21,319 nt of DNA from contig JALDZS010000019.1 of the NCBI GenBank assembly GCA_022813965.1, positions 186,001 to 207,319 on the forward strand. The letters run 5' to 3'. Positions 9,647 to 19,570 of this stretch are shown in pieces. A program made the position numbers and the translations under genes. This stretch comes from Toensbergia leucococca. Taxonomy: Eukaryota. The notes below the pieces were generated by a model. That model was not told where the DNA came from, did not search any database, and saw nothing but the letters and a program-made list of their open reading frames with translations. Every line of letters begins with the position of its first letter. Position 1 is the first letter of the stretch.

Positions 9647-9799
9647 GGTTGTATGGCTATCCACTTCATGTGTGTCATTTTCAAGAAAAAACTGGGCTGG
9701 GTCGATTTTTTTCCTGGCTCAAGTTTTGGTTATGATTGCGCGAACTCATTTCTCGGTAATCAGCTGCCACTTCGCCCCTATTTCAACACCTGTCTTCAA

Positions 9800-10400
9800 A
9801 CCCTCTTTCACCACCTCCGTCTAATCCCCATTTCCCCCCCCTTTTGAACCCCTCCCTCCAAACCCCCACCTACCTCCTCATCCTCCCCTCCCCTAGCAAT
9901 CTCCCTCCCTATCCCTATCCCTATCCCTCCCTATCCCTCCCCCTTCCTTTTCAAAAAGAGGCCCCTCAAATTTACACCCAACAGACTCCAAATCCCCAAC
10001 CTCAACCCATCATCCGCTCCACCTACATCCCTACTTACCCCTTACCCCTTATCTTTATCTCAACCCTCCCTATTTCTCCCCCCCCCCCCTCTCAAAGAAA
10101 TGGCTTCTCAATTACACACCCAACACCCCCCTGAGCCCCCATTCCAACCCCCAAACATCCTCCCTTAAACCCCAACCCCAAAAAACCACAGAATATCCCA
10201 TCCCATGATTCCCATCCCCTCCGCAGCAAAGCGCACGCACCCCAACCACTCCAACCAACCACTCCAACCAACCACCCAAACCAAAACCAGAACAAAATCA
10301 GTAGTGGTGATGGAAAAAAAAAATCCCTATCAGAAACCCAACCAAAGTCCAAGTAAAACCCCGAAGCAACGGAGAGAAAAAAAATAAATAAATAAAAGGG
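9800..10400. repeat. C/A-rich low-complexity tract including (CCCTAT)n
   Basis: Almost G-free plus strand with many C3-C12 runs; CCCTAT units at 9907-9934. Confidence 0.85.
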
Positions 10401-11071
10401 GGGGAGGAGTTGTGTTGGAAAAGAAAAAGATCGGATAAGTTTCATCAGAGTCTTTAGGAACGTTATGTGGTAAACAGGACCCTCCTCCCCGGGGCCCACC
10501 ACGCACTCTTCTTACGCTACGAAAAGTGCAATTTCAAAATCACATGCCTCCACGGAATTTGATTTCACAAGACAGGTACGAGTATGCTCTGGAACAACGA
10601 TGCATAATCCCTAGCAGGGATTTTTATAAATATCATTCCTCTCTTTCTCAAAAGGCAAAATTCCAATCCCTACTATAAGATATTAACCAAATTACCGCAA
10701 AAGACCCTGGTGACCCTCCCTCACAAATAAACAGAAGAACTAAAAAAGGGTCGGAAAAAAGCACCCAAATTACTTTTTCACATTCTTCAGGATATCAGGG
10801 GGCAGAACAAGAAGACCACACTTCTCCATGGAGAAACTGCTGTTGAAAGCAAAATAAAAAACACAATTCTAGGGTATAAAAGGTACTTTTATCAAAACGC
10901 CCCACGAATGCCGTTTCCGTAACCACAAAACACAAGAAAAAGACCACCACGCTGTGCAAGTCATGCAATTTCATTAATCACCAAACGCACAAGAGCCTCT
11001 CTACCTCAACCAAGCTCCAATCTCCTGCACTCACAAACTCCTAATCTGCAAGTGAACCCCCAGCTCTCAGT

Positions 11072-14000
11072 CTACTTCTTGCCCCAAACCTTCTTCACAG
11101 CCCTCATCGCAGCCAAAGTCTCCCCCTTCCCTGCTTTCCGTCCAATTTCCACAACCAAGAATCTTGCAAAGTCCTGCAGGATCCAGTAGCTGCTATGCGC
11201 ACTCAACATATTCAGGTATTGAATCTCGAGCGGGCCACCTCCCGAGTGCAAGATATAGTCGATTTGACCATTGTCGTTGAGAAGATACATGCGCTTCTCA
11301 GCAGCCTCTTCGCGGGTGAAATCATGCGTCTCCATTTCCATGGTAGTGGGAAGCCTGGCGGTAGTTGGACGGCGGGGAAAGGTATCGAGGCTGCTTGGAG
11401 TCGTGTCACTGGGGATGGCTTTACTCCGGAACACGGAACCAATGGTTTGCATCCAAGAGGATGTGGCGCTAGGCACAGAAGCGGGTTGAAGAGAGGTGGC
11501 GTAATCCACATCAACGCAGGCGTTGACTCGATACGCGATGGGGTCGTTATAATGCATGACATTGTAGAGATTGTCTACAGCTAGGCAGCCATAGGTACCA
11601 GCTTCGCCTACAACGCCAGTGCCAACATATTCGCCTTCAGCACCTTGCTTGTCTCTACCTCTGCGTGGAAGTAGTGGTGCTCTGTTGAGGAGCAAGAAGA
11701 AGCCAGCAGGACTTCCGCAGAAGAACAGACTCTTTGTATCGAATTCGAACATGTCATCATGTACCTTCCTACTTTTAAGTTCAAGCCGTTTTGGCAGTTT
11801 TGTCGGCTGCTTGCTCAATATATCCAGCGCCATGACGCTACCTAAGGAGTGTGCGATAAGGTGAACCCTGCCAGTCTCATGGAATCCAGGATTGTTCATG
11901 CACCATAAGCGGTAGACACGATTGGCCTCCTTGATGACGGCTTCAATCATCTTGGGCTTGTGATGCGAAAGATAGTATGGAATATCAAGCATAACATCGC
12001 TAATCAAATTGCGTACAGCTGGAATCGTTTCGGCTGTGATGTCCTTCAAGGTGTACTGATTGGTAGACGAATTCTCTTCCCTATGGTTGGGGTTTGGTCG
12101 TGGGCCGCCATCATCCAATGTCAACGTAGACCGCCAATTGATCTATGTATCACAGTATCGTTAACTAAAAGCCAAACATAAAATACCTGGCAAGGCTCAC
12201 TGGAAGAACCATTATGCCATCCAAATCGTGACGAAGCCATGGCTGTACAGCGCCCGAGCCAAGCTCCACGTTGATCTGCCTTCGGAACGCGTTAATTGCA
12301 TGGGTGAAATGATAGCTCTCAACTCGTTCTGAAAGCTTCTGCCCGATACTGTGCCAAAAAGTTAACAAGCTGAGCTTGCTCATCAACACGAACGGATGAT
12401 TACTGACCCGTGGATAACTAAGACAAGATCAGTAGCCTTTGGTCTCTCCTGCTCTGCTAGGCAAGCATCACAGGGCTTCTCTCCAGCTTTAAGCAAAGCA
12501 GTGCCTGACCGCGAAATTGTGGCATTATCGCGAGCTTTGGCAGTCTTAGATGCTTCTTTTGATGGGTGGAACTTCTCCCAGGCCTTGTGATCAAATCCGC
12601 GCACAACAGGTACACCAATAATACGACCCTTTCGGATAGCCCCTAGTGGGCGACGTCCTCGGGCAACTGATGGGAGAAGACCTGGGCGTAGTATCTGAGC
12701 GTCTTTGCTGTTGGCATAAATGACGCTAGATCTAGCCATAGGCCTAGTGGACTCGTCCTTGCTGTCCCTACTATCAAAAGTACCAGCAGCCTTATTTTCG
12801 GGGGACGCAGCGCCTACCACTGCATCTTTCAGAGCTTGCTCGTCGGAAGTGAGCTGCTCCGTCGCCATATTTAAGAGTGGTTTGGGGCTTCTCCTAGTTG
12901 ATGGCCTGCTTTCAGACTTTCTAGACTCGTCTTCTGGCCACAGTTTGTACACAATTTTAAGTTCAGCTTCAGCACCATTGTCCATACAACTATTGAGCTC
13001 ATCGGTATAAGTAACAGTCCAGGGCTTCATGTATTCGTATCCTTCCTCGAGTAGGTTTGCAACCTCCGACTCAACCGGATACATTGTATCTTTGTAGAAC
13101 CATGTGCCACGGACAACAGACGATATGTCATGGATCGGACTCCAGTAAATTGGTTTCATCTTTTACCATTTATCAGTCCTGCCAGATCCTTGAGCATGAT
13201 AGACGGAGAAAGTACAGGTTGCTCGGATCGCTTCAAAACGACTAGGCTGATGCAAACACTGGAGAAACCTCTCAGGTGCTTGCTCGAACCTCAAACTGAA
13301 AAACACTGAGTTTAAATATTGCGACAAGACTCCTAATACTGTATTGAGAGCAAGAAAAACAACGTACCTGCAAGTCAGGCATCTCCACCAAATGCAAACG
13401 CGAAATTCCTACAGGTGTGAACGCCTTTCTGACCTTTTTGGACTTGTGGTGGAATGCATGATACTGATGACTGGATCGAGGTCTTTCGTCGTCACTGGCG
13501 CTGTCAGCACCATCAGTCTGGCTGGCATTCGAGACCCGTTCTGGAGAGCGCGAATTAGATATTCTCCTCCGACTCGGAATTCGCAGAAAAGGCGTCCCAG
13601 TCGTGTCCCGCTGAGATGGGCTAGAACCGGGTGCAACCACGGAAGTGCGCTTACGCAACGACAGCCTTCTAGAAGGGGAAGAATCTTCCTTGTCCTTGAT
13701 GGGTTTCTCGGAGGTTGCTCTCCTATGGAATGGGCGTCGATGTTTCTTCTTTGAAATGCCGCTTTCGAATTCATCATTGCCAATTTCATCGGATCCAACT
13801 GGCATAGTATAGTCAAAGGGAATGTGATCTGGATCGTCACATAACATCAAATGGGGATCGCCAGTACCGTAAGGCCGTGTCTGTGGATCATCAAGCCCCG
13901 CAGGAGGTGTAATAGCACCTATATCTCCATTCAAAGGACTAGGATTCTGCTGCATAAATAGCCCCTTGCCAGCAGTCCCAGCAGCCGTATCAATAACAGA

Positions 14001-14486
14001 GTTTCTTTCTTCGTTGGCATCTTCAGAGATCTCTGCGTTTTTGCCGGAATCCACGAGGTTGTCCTCTGGCCCTTCTGGATGACCATCATCATTCCACGAT
14101 TGGTCCTCGTCTACTCCTTCGTCTTGTGCACCACTGCTGTAGATTCGATTCTGCGGTTGCTTGCCCTTGGGCTTCTCTTCCCATAGTCTTCCATGACGGG
14201 ATTTCTTCGCTTCAGAATTCTGCAAGTCTTGCCAAGCGGCTTCTAGAGCAGCGTTGTCATAAACAGAGAATGGTCGTGGGGGGTTTTTGGATGGGGTTGT
14301 AGCAGGGGCATTGGACGGAGTAGGAAGAGGAGATAATGGATCGTCTATTGTGAGAGCGGAACTATAGAAGAAATGTGCTTTGATTTTGGGGGGACTAGCA
14401 GACACTTCAGAGGCTCGGCGTGTGAAGGCATTTGATTCGGTATATAGTGAGCAGGTGGGGCCGTAGGTGTGAGGGGTAGAAGCCAT
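11072..14486 (-). CDS. DDHD-domain intracellular phospholipase A1 (yeast Ddl1 / PA-PLA1 family), ~1029 aa, 4 exons
   Basis: Exons 14486-13368, 13159-12408, 12348-12201, 12142-11072 (3090 nt, in frame). Motifs: MKPIYWSP...VVRGTWFY, DLVLVIHGIGQKL, LPINWR, lipase AHSLG, FFCGSPAGFF, YNVMHYNDPIAYR, GQIDY, SAHSSYW. Confidence 0.93.
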
Positions 14487-15038
14487 GGTAAACCTGTCTC
14501 CAGGACTTAGCATGCAGACAATGTGTTGGAGTGGGATGGCATGACTACGGGTTTTCTCTGGGTGTATTAGGTTTCCTGCCGGCAGGTGAAGGAATGATGC
14601 ATAGCCAATAACAATACTACAAGCAGCCTACGATAGGGAAGCAAAAAGACAGAACATGGTGAGGGTCATAATCGAAAAGAAGAGAATGAAGATACGAGGA
14701 GAGCAAACAAATCGAAAGGTAAGTACATTCAGTAAAGTAAAGTAATTACGAGTATGAGAATTCTAGGCAAGGCAATGACGTTGCTAAATCTTGCATGTGA
14801 CGAAACCTACCGAGTCGAGGGGATTTATTAATAGAGCATCATATTCTACTCAATTCACAATTAACCAAATATGGTTCATAGTCAATCTGCATCAAAAATC
14901 GTGATATAAGATACAGTAGGAGGGTGGCTCAGTCGACTAGTGAAAGACCTTGCAACACATTAGAGAACAACATATGAAGCCAGCTCCTGAGTTCTGCTTT
15001 CAAATCTGTCATTGCACTCAAACTCCCTGTGCACGCAA

Positions 15039-15860
15039 TCATTGCTGAACTACTTGCATATCTGACAATTGTTGGGCTAATTCTATATCTGGCGGGGCTG
15101 CAGCTTGTGCTTGCGCTTGGCCTAACACTGTGTGGGCGTCCAGTTCTCGTCGTTGCTGTTCAGCAGGAGCACATACCACCTTGTCTTCTATCCTCTCTGT
15201 ATTCTTCTTATGTCAAATTTCATGTTTAGCAACTTCTCACGCTCCCTTCACTCCACATGTAACTCCAACCATTCAATTTTTGAGATGAATCTTCTTTTCG
15301 TTAAAAAGCTTCTCCACATCGATCGAAAAGCTTCTCCACATCGATCTTCAGTACATCACGGCCCTTCTGAACGACAGCAATTTCCTCTTCAGATTCCTTC
15401 CGTTGTGAACTCAACTCTTGGACGAGCTGCTTTTTCTTGAGCTTTGGCGCCTCTGTGATCCAGACCTAATTATTCTTGAGTAATTTCTCAATCACTTGTC
15501 TCCGGTCATGTATCAATGTCTCTAATCATAGTAGCAACGAGTGCGAGAAAGTCATCAAAGCTCCTACCGTACAAATCATCAAATTTCATCATATTGCAGG
15601 GATTCATGAGATGGTTCTGATGAGTATCAACCACCTGATTTGGCCACACCCCCTTCTGAGATAGCATGAGAAAGACAGAATTAGTATGAAAATTAGAAGT
15701 TCTTGATAACCTCATGAGCAAGTTCTATGGTGAACTAAAAGGTCGAGTTCTAAGAATGTCGTCGGTCCTTGGGTTTGCTGACTTTCACCTCCGAAGATCT
15801 CAACTCTTACTCCCTCACTGTAAACTCGCCGTTCAAACCTTTTCAGGATGTCTATTGACA
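15039..15860 (-). pseudogene. Decayed relic of a coiled-coil protein gene
   Basis: Minus-strand frame reads LLL*LETLIHDRRQVIEKLLKNN*VWITEAPKLKKKQLVQELSSQRKESEEEIAVVQKGRDVLKIDVEKLF, then a frameshifting 22-bp duplication, later EQQRRELDAH...IELAQQLSDMQVVQQ*. Boundaries approximate. Confidence 0.45.
15304..15346. repeat. 22-bp-period tandem duplication
   Basis: AAAAGCTTCTCCACATCGATC at 15304-15324 and 15326-15346, identical. Confidence 0.95.
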
Positions 15861-16270
15861 TGATTTCAATTGGCTCTGGGTTCGTTACCGGAACCAAAGG
15901 AAGAGACTATTTTGAAGACTTTCGTTCCAATTAGGAGACCAAACGTAAGCACTTTGCTCTTCGTTTTCTCTGAGACCTCTCAAATCTCAGCTTTGAAGGC
16001 CATGATGAGGAGCATCCTGACACATTTCGCATTGCGAAAAGGAGCATTCCTTAGCAACAAACGAGAGTAGTGCGACAAACAGCAGAAGCGTAACAGCCAG
16101 TGAAGCAAAACGCAAACTTTGTGTTGGAAAAAGCGATAGATGCCAGTACTAAATTCGATATCTGTCAGTATGTTAATCGCTTCACCTCTAAACTTTGGAT
16201 TGCCTTAGTCGCCAAGAAAGAAGCACTTCCGTATGATCCAGTAATTTGACAAAATGGCTGCATTGCGTAC

Positions 16271-16682
16271 AGGTTGAGATACCTGGAGCTCTCAGTCACG
16301 GATTTATACAGAGTGAAGATGATTGCTCAAGAGGGCTTGCATAAAGATATGGAGCTAGCCAAGAAGGCACGAGAGCAGGTTTCAAAAGGGAGCTTGATGA
16401 TAAATTTGAGAAGGGCCATGACTGTTGATGTTGGTCAGTGGAGAGTCGTTAGAGGACCTTACGACCGTAGAGCTGAACAGGCTGGAACTTGAGACTTGGA
16501 AAAATATGCTTTTTGGAATTTCTCAATGCAGAGCATTTTGGGACACGCTGAAGGAATATAGAGTCGCACTTGAGCATTTTCCCAACGATGAGGATCAAGA
16601 AGCCTGCAGACTCAATGCAAAAAAGTTACGTGCACTTGTATCAAAAGATCAGAGGGGGAACCCCTACTTTGATAGATCATGA
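16271..16682 (+). pseudogene. Possible frameshifted gene relic (helical, charged peptide fragments)
   Basis: Overlapping short ORFs 16274-16492 and 16425-16682 give protein-like text (LEDLTTVELNRLELETWKNMLFGISQCRAFWDTLKEYRVALEHFP) in different frames. No clean start or splice model. Confidence 0.25.
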
Positions 16683-17935
16683 GCGGTTGTGTCTCTCAGG
16701 AAGAGACAGGATTCTGCGGAGAGCTTCCGCATGGGTCGACGCGAGATATCAATTTAGGAGCAAACACGACATCGACATGGCGCAAGATTACGCCAAGGGA
16801 CCGAGGATGTGTCGCATTGATGGGTCAAGTGGTCTAGAAACATCTGAGCGTCAATACCAACTCCATTCTGCCCGGAGCCTAATTTCGGAACGTTCGCGGC
16901 ATAAGACTCTGAAAGGGGCGAACTCAAGCTGCTACAATCGAGTTATGCTGTCTTAATCCTTGTACACGCACTTGAAACGCTGCGAGCACCTCCGCTGAGC
17001 ACTAGCAGAAGACGTTCATCTGCTACTTTGTTACACTGACGCCTATTGTTCCAAAGATTGCCACGACTTCGCGATGGAATACCACTAGGATGCGATATGC
17101 GGGCAAAGACTTTATCTTCGCCTACCGATGAACATAGACAGCTCAACCAGGCGGGTTCTTTGGAACTCATCTTCTCGTGCAATGGGTCGTGATACAGCAC
17201 AGGAAAGCAAACTTAAGCCAGGATATGGCTCGGTGGATACTGGGCCTTTGGACGAGGTATGCGGTCCCTCACTGCATTCTTCAAGATCTCGGAATCGACA
17301 TCTTCGCCAACGAGTCTTTCCAGACGTGGAATTTTTAGGGTCTCAATGTTCGCATCGATGACAACATCCGAAGTAGAAAGATCGACACCTCCTCGTCCCC
17401 GTCTCCACTGAAAGGCCTTGTCTGCTCGAACATGCATAGAATATTTTCTTTCTTCTACCATGACTGCAATTCTGACGTTGCTTTTGTGATAATGGGCATT
17501 TTCAAGCTCTGGGCCTATGCAACTGGATCATAGTTATAGCACTCAAGAAGATCAAAAAAGGCGAAGAACTCTTGTCTGCTTACACTACCTAACTCAAGCA
17601 ATCCAAAAGCAAAGAAGACTTCCGAACTGCTTGATCTCATTGGTGAAACCTGTGATTGTAAGCGCTGGAAGAAGGAAAGCTGAGCAAGAAGCGTATGTAC
17701 TCTATTAGCCGTCTCAGTCAAGGGTTTCATGACTGCCAAGCATCAAAATTAAGATTGGACAACGGTAACGAGTGTTTTATGTTGCTCTGCACTGAAAGAT
17801 GTAATAACCTGATTTTAGCTGGAATGTGAATCATGAAGTTTACCATCATGTACACTCGTATCAACATAGGTAAGCTAAGCCGAGAGAGATATCCTCTTGA
17901 AGATTAAATGAATTGGTTGACGCTCACTCGTACAA

Positions 17936-17967
17936 TCGCGCGTCAAAACCCTAAAACCTCGCGTAAA
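17936..17967 (+). promoter_or_regulatory. Two MCB-like CGCGT cores flanking AAACCCTAA
   Basis: CGCGT at 17939-17943 and 17960-17964; AAACCCTAA at 17946-17954; about 170 nt upstream of the POLD4 ATG. Confidence 0.55.
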
Positions 17968-18123
17968 GTCCCCAGTTTCTCTAGCAACCGACGCCCTTGA
18001 ATACATCATCACCATTCATTAACCCATCAATCATTCGCCCAAACCCACAATAAGTCATCCCTCCTTCCCGACCTGCAATAAGTCACCTCAATCAACCTCT
18101 CCCCGCCCGAACCACAGACCAAA

Positions 18124-18920
18124 ATGCCACCCGCAACCCGCAAATCCTCCGCCTCAAACCCCCGCCCCACCTCCCAGCAAAAAACCCTCTCCTTCGGCCG
18201 CACCTCCAACAAAGTAACCAAACCCTCCCTACCACCCCCATCGAAAAAGACCCTCTCAAAATCGAAATCATCCTCCTTGCTAAAAGCCGCATCACCCTCA
18301 CCTGCTCTGGAAGATGAAGCTGAGCCTACCCCAACGGCACAACTGGCGATCCGAGAGCAGCAGCAGGGAAAGGTAGAGAGCGTTGAGAAAGAGGCGAAGA
18401 GCGTTGAGAAAGAGGCGAAGAGCGACGAGTCGGAGGAGAGGGCTAGACGGGTGGGGGAGGCGCAGATAAAGCGCTACTGGAAGGGGAAGGAGGATGAGAG
18501 AAAGGCTGCTAGAGGTTTGTTCCTGTGGGGAATTGAGATTGGGAGATGGTATGCTGATGCTTATGTGTGCGTGCGTCTAGTACATCAAGAGGGCTTGTCG
18601 ATTAACGAGAAGATACTACGACATTTCGATCTGTCAAATCAGTATGGTGTAAGTTCCCCACCCTCCCCCCTTGAACCCGGGAAAGTCTTCAAATTCTGGA
18701 TTGGAGTGGGACAGCAGGGCTGATTTGAGGTCGTTTGGGGGTGGATTAGCCGTGCATAGGCATCGCGCGAATGAAGCGGTGGAAGCGGGCTGAGCGGTTG
18801 GGTTTAAAACCACCGATTGAGGTATTGGCTGTACTGGTGAGGGAGGAGGCGGCTGGGAACGGGAAGGTGGAGAGAGCGTATGTGGATGAGTTGCTTTCCG
18901 GGAAGGTGGGGGGGCAGTAG
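18124..18920 (+). CDS. POLD4: DNA polymerase delta subunit 4 (p12/Cdm1), 209 aa, 3 exons
   Basis: Exons 18124-18514, 18581-18648, 18750-18920 (630 nt). N-terminal QKTLSF PIP-like motif. Family signature EKILRHFDLSNQYGPCIGIARMKRWKRAERLGLKPPIEVLAVL. Confidence 0.93.
18377..18424 (+). repeat. 21-bp in-frame tandem repeat (SVEKEAK x2) in POLD4
   Basis: AGAGCGTTGAGAAAGAGGCGA at 18377-18397 and 18398-18418, plus a partial third copy. Confidence 0.95.
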
Positions 18921-19570
18921 GGGTTGGTAGGCTCTCAGGGGTGGGGGGGACATTAGGTACTTTGAGGTTGTATGGGACGAGAGCTGTATTGGCCCTTGGT
19001 CAAGTATGCTTATAGCATACTCTACGTTCATGACTTCTTGAATACCCGCTCTGGCTACAAAGACTTGAGCTTAAGTATGTTGGCTGTATTTATCCCCCGG
19101 CGCCAGCATGTATATTTGTATCACTTTTGAAGTTGCTTAAAGAGCTCAGCGCAGATGATTGAGATACCCAAGGCATCGATTCCCATGCTGAGTATTGGCT
19201 TTGCTGAAGTTGATATCTGATACTACCTGAATTCTGAGCTACTAGGGTACATTTGATCTGGGCAATGATTCTTTCCAGACGTTTCTCCAGCGAGGGTAGT
19301 TGACACGCTCATTTTGAGACCATATTCTCTCGAATTTATCTTTCTCGAATGCATGCACACATGGAGTGTATACATGATCTGAAGAATGTCTTGGAAAGCG
19401 GATTTTGGCCCCTTGATTTCTTTGAAAGCAACCCCGAGCCCTGAGCTCATTTCCGCGTTATTTCAGAAGTGGGATGGAGCAAACTATTTGAGACTGAGTC
19501 CATCGTATGGTCTATTTCCGGCATTGACTCCCTTTTTTCCCTGTGTTTCGATGACGATTTCTCGATTGTC

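Larger units (their letters stand above)
9370..10452 (+). ncRNA. Candidate structured non-coding RNA with telomerase-RNA-like pseudoknot (boundaries unknown)
   Basis: Hand-derived pairings 9489-9494/9670-9675, 9495-9501/9525-9531, 9511-9524/9688-9700, 9405-9410/9763-9768, 9370-9376/10446-10452. G-U wobbles favour the + strand. No canonical template and no CR4/5 element identified. Confidence 0.3.

Noticed and set aside
9760..9779. TCAGCTGC...TTCGCCCCT resembles human TERC just 3' of P3, from memory
   Set aside because: Primary sequence is not conserved between fungal and vertebrate TER; treated as coincidence and not used as evidence.
10442..10448. CTGATGA on the minus strand (hammerhead core or box C)
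   Set aside because: No stem II plus GAAA arrangement, and no convincing box D with a guide sequence.
9844..10502. ORFs 9844-10134, 10205-10387 and 10092-10502
   Set aside because: Products of low-complexity sequence with no domain or splice support.
10525..10532. AGTGCAAT resembling RNase P CR-IV
   Set aside because: No CR-I or CR-V sequences to form P4.
2733..14513. Numerous antisense or alternate-frame ORFs overlapping the monooxygenase, P450, hypothetical and DDHD genes
   Set aside because: Shadows of well-supported genes, many with non-ATG starts.
14900..17750. Transposable element
   Set aside because: No terminal repeats, DDE, RT or integrase motifs visible.
19234..19296. TPP-riboswitch-like words CTGAG...TTGATCTGG...CCAGCG
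   Set aside because: Lacks CTGAGA, spacing is wrong, and there is no thiamine-related gene or host intron.
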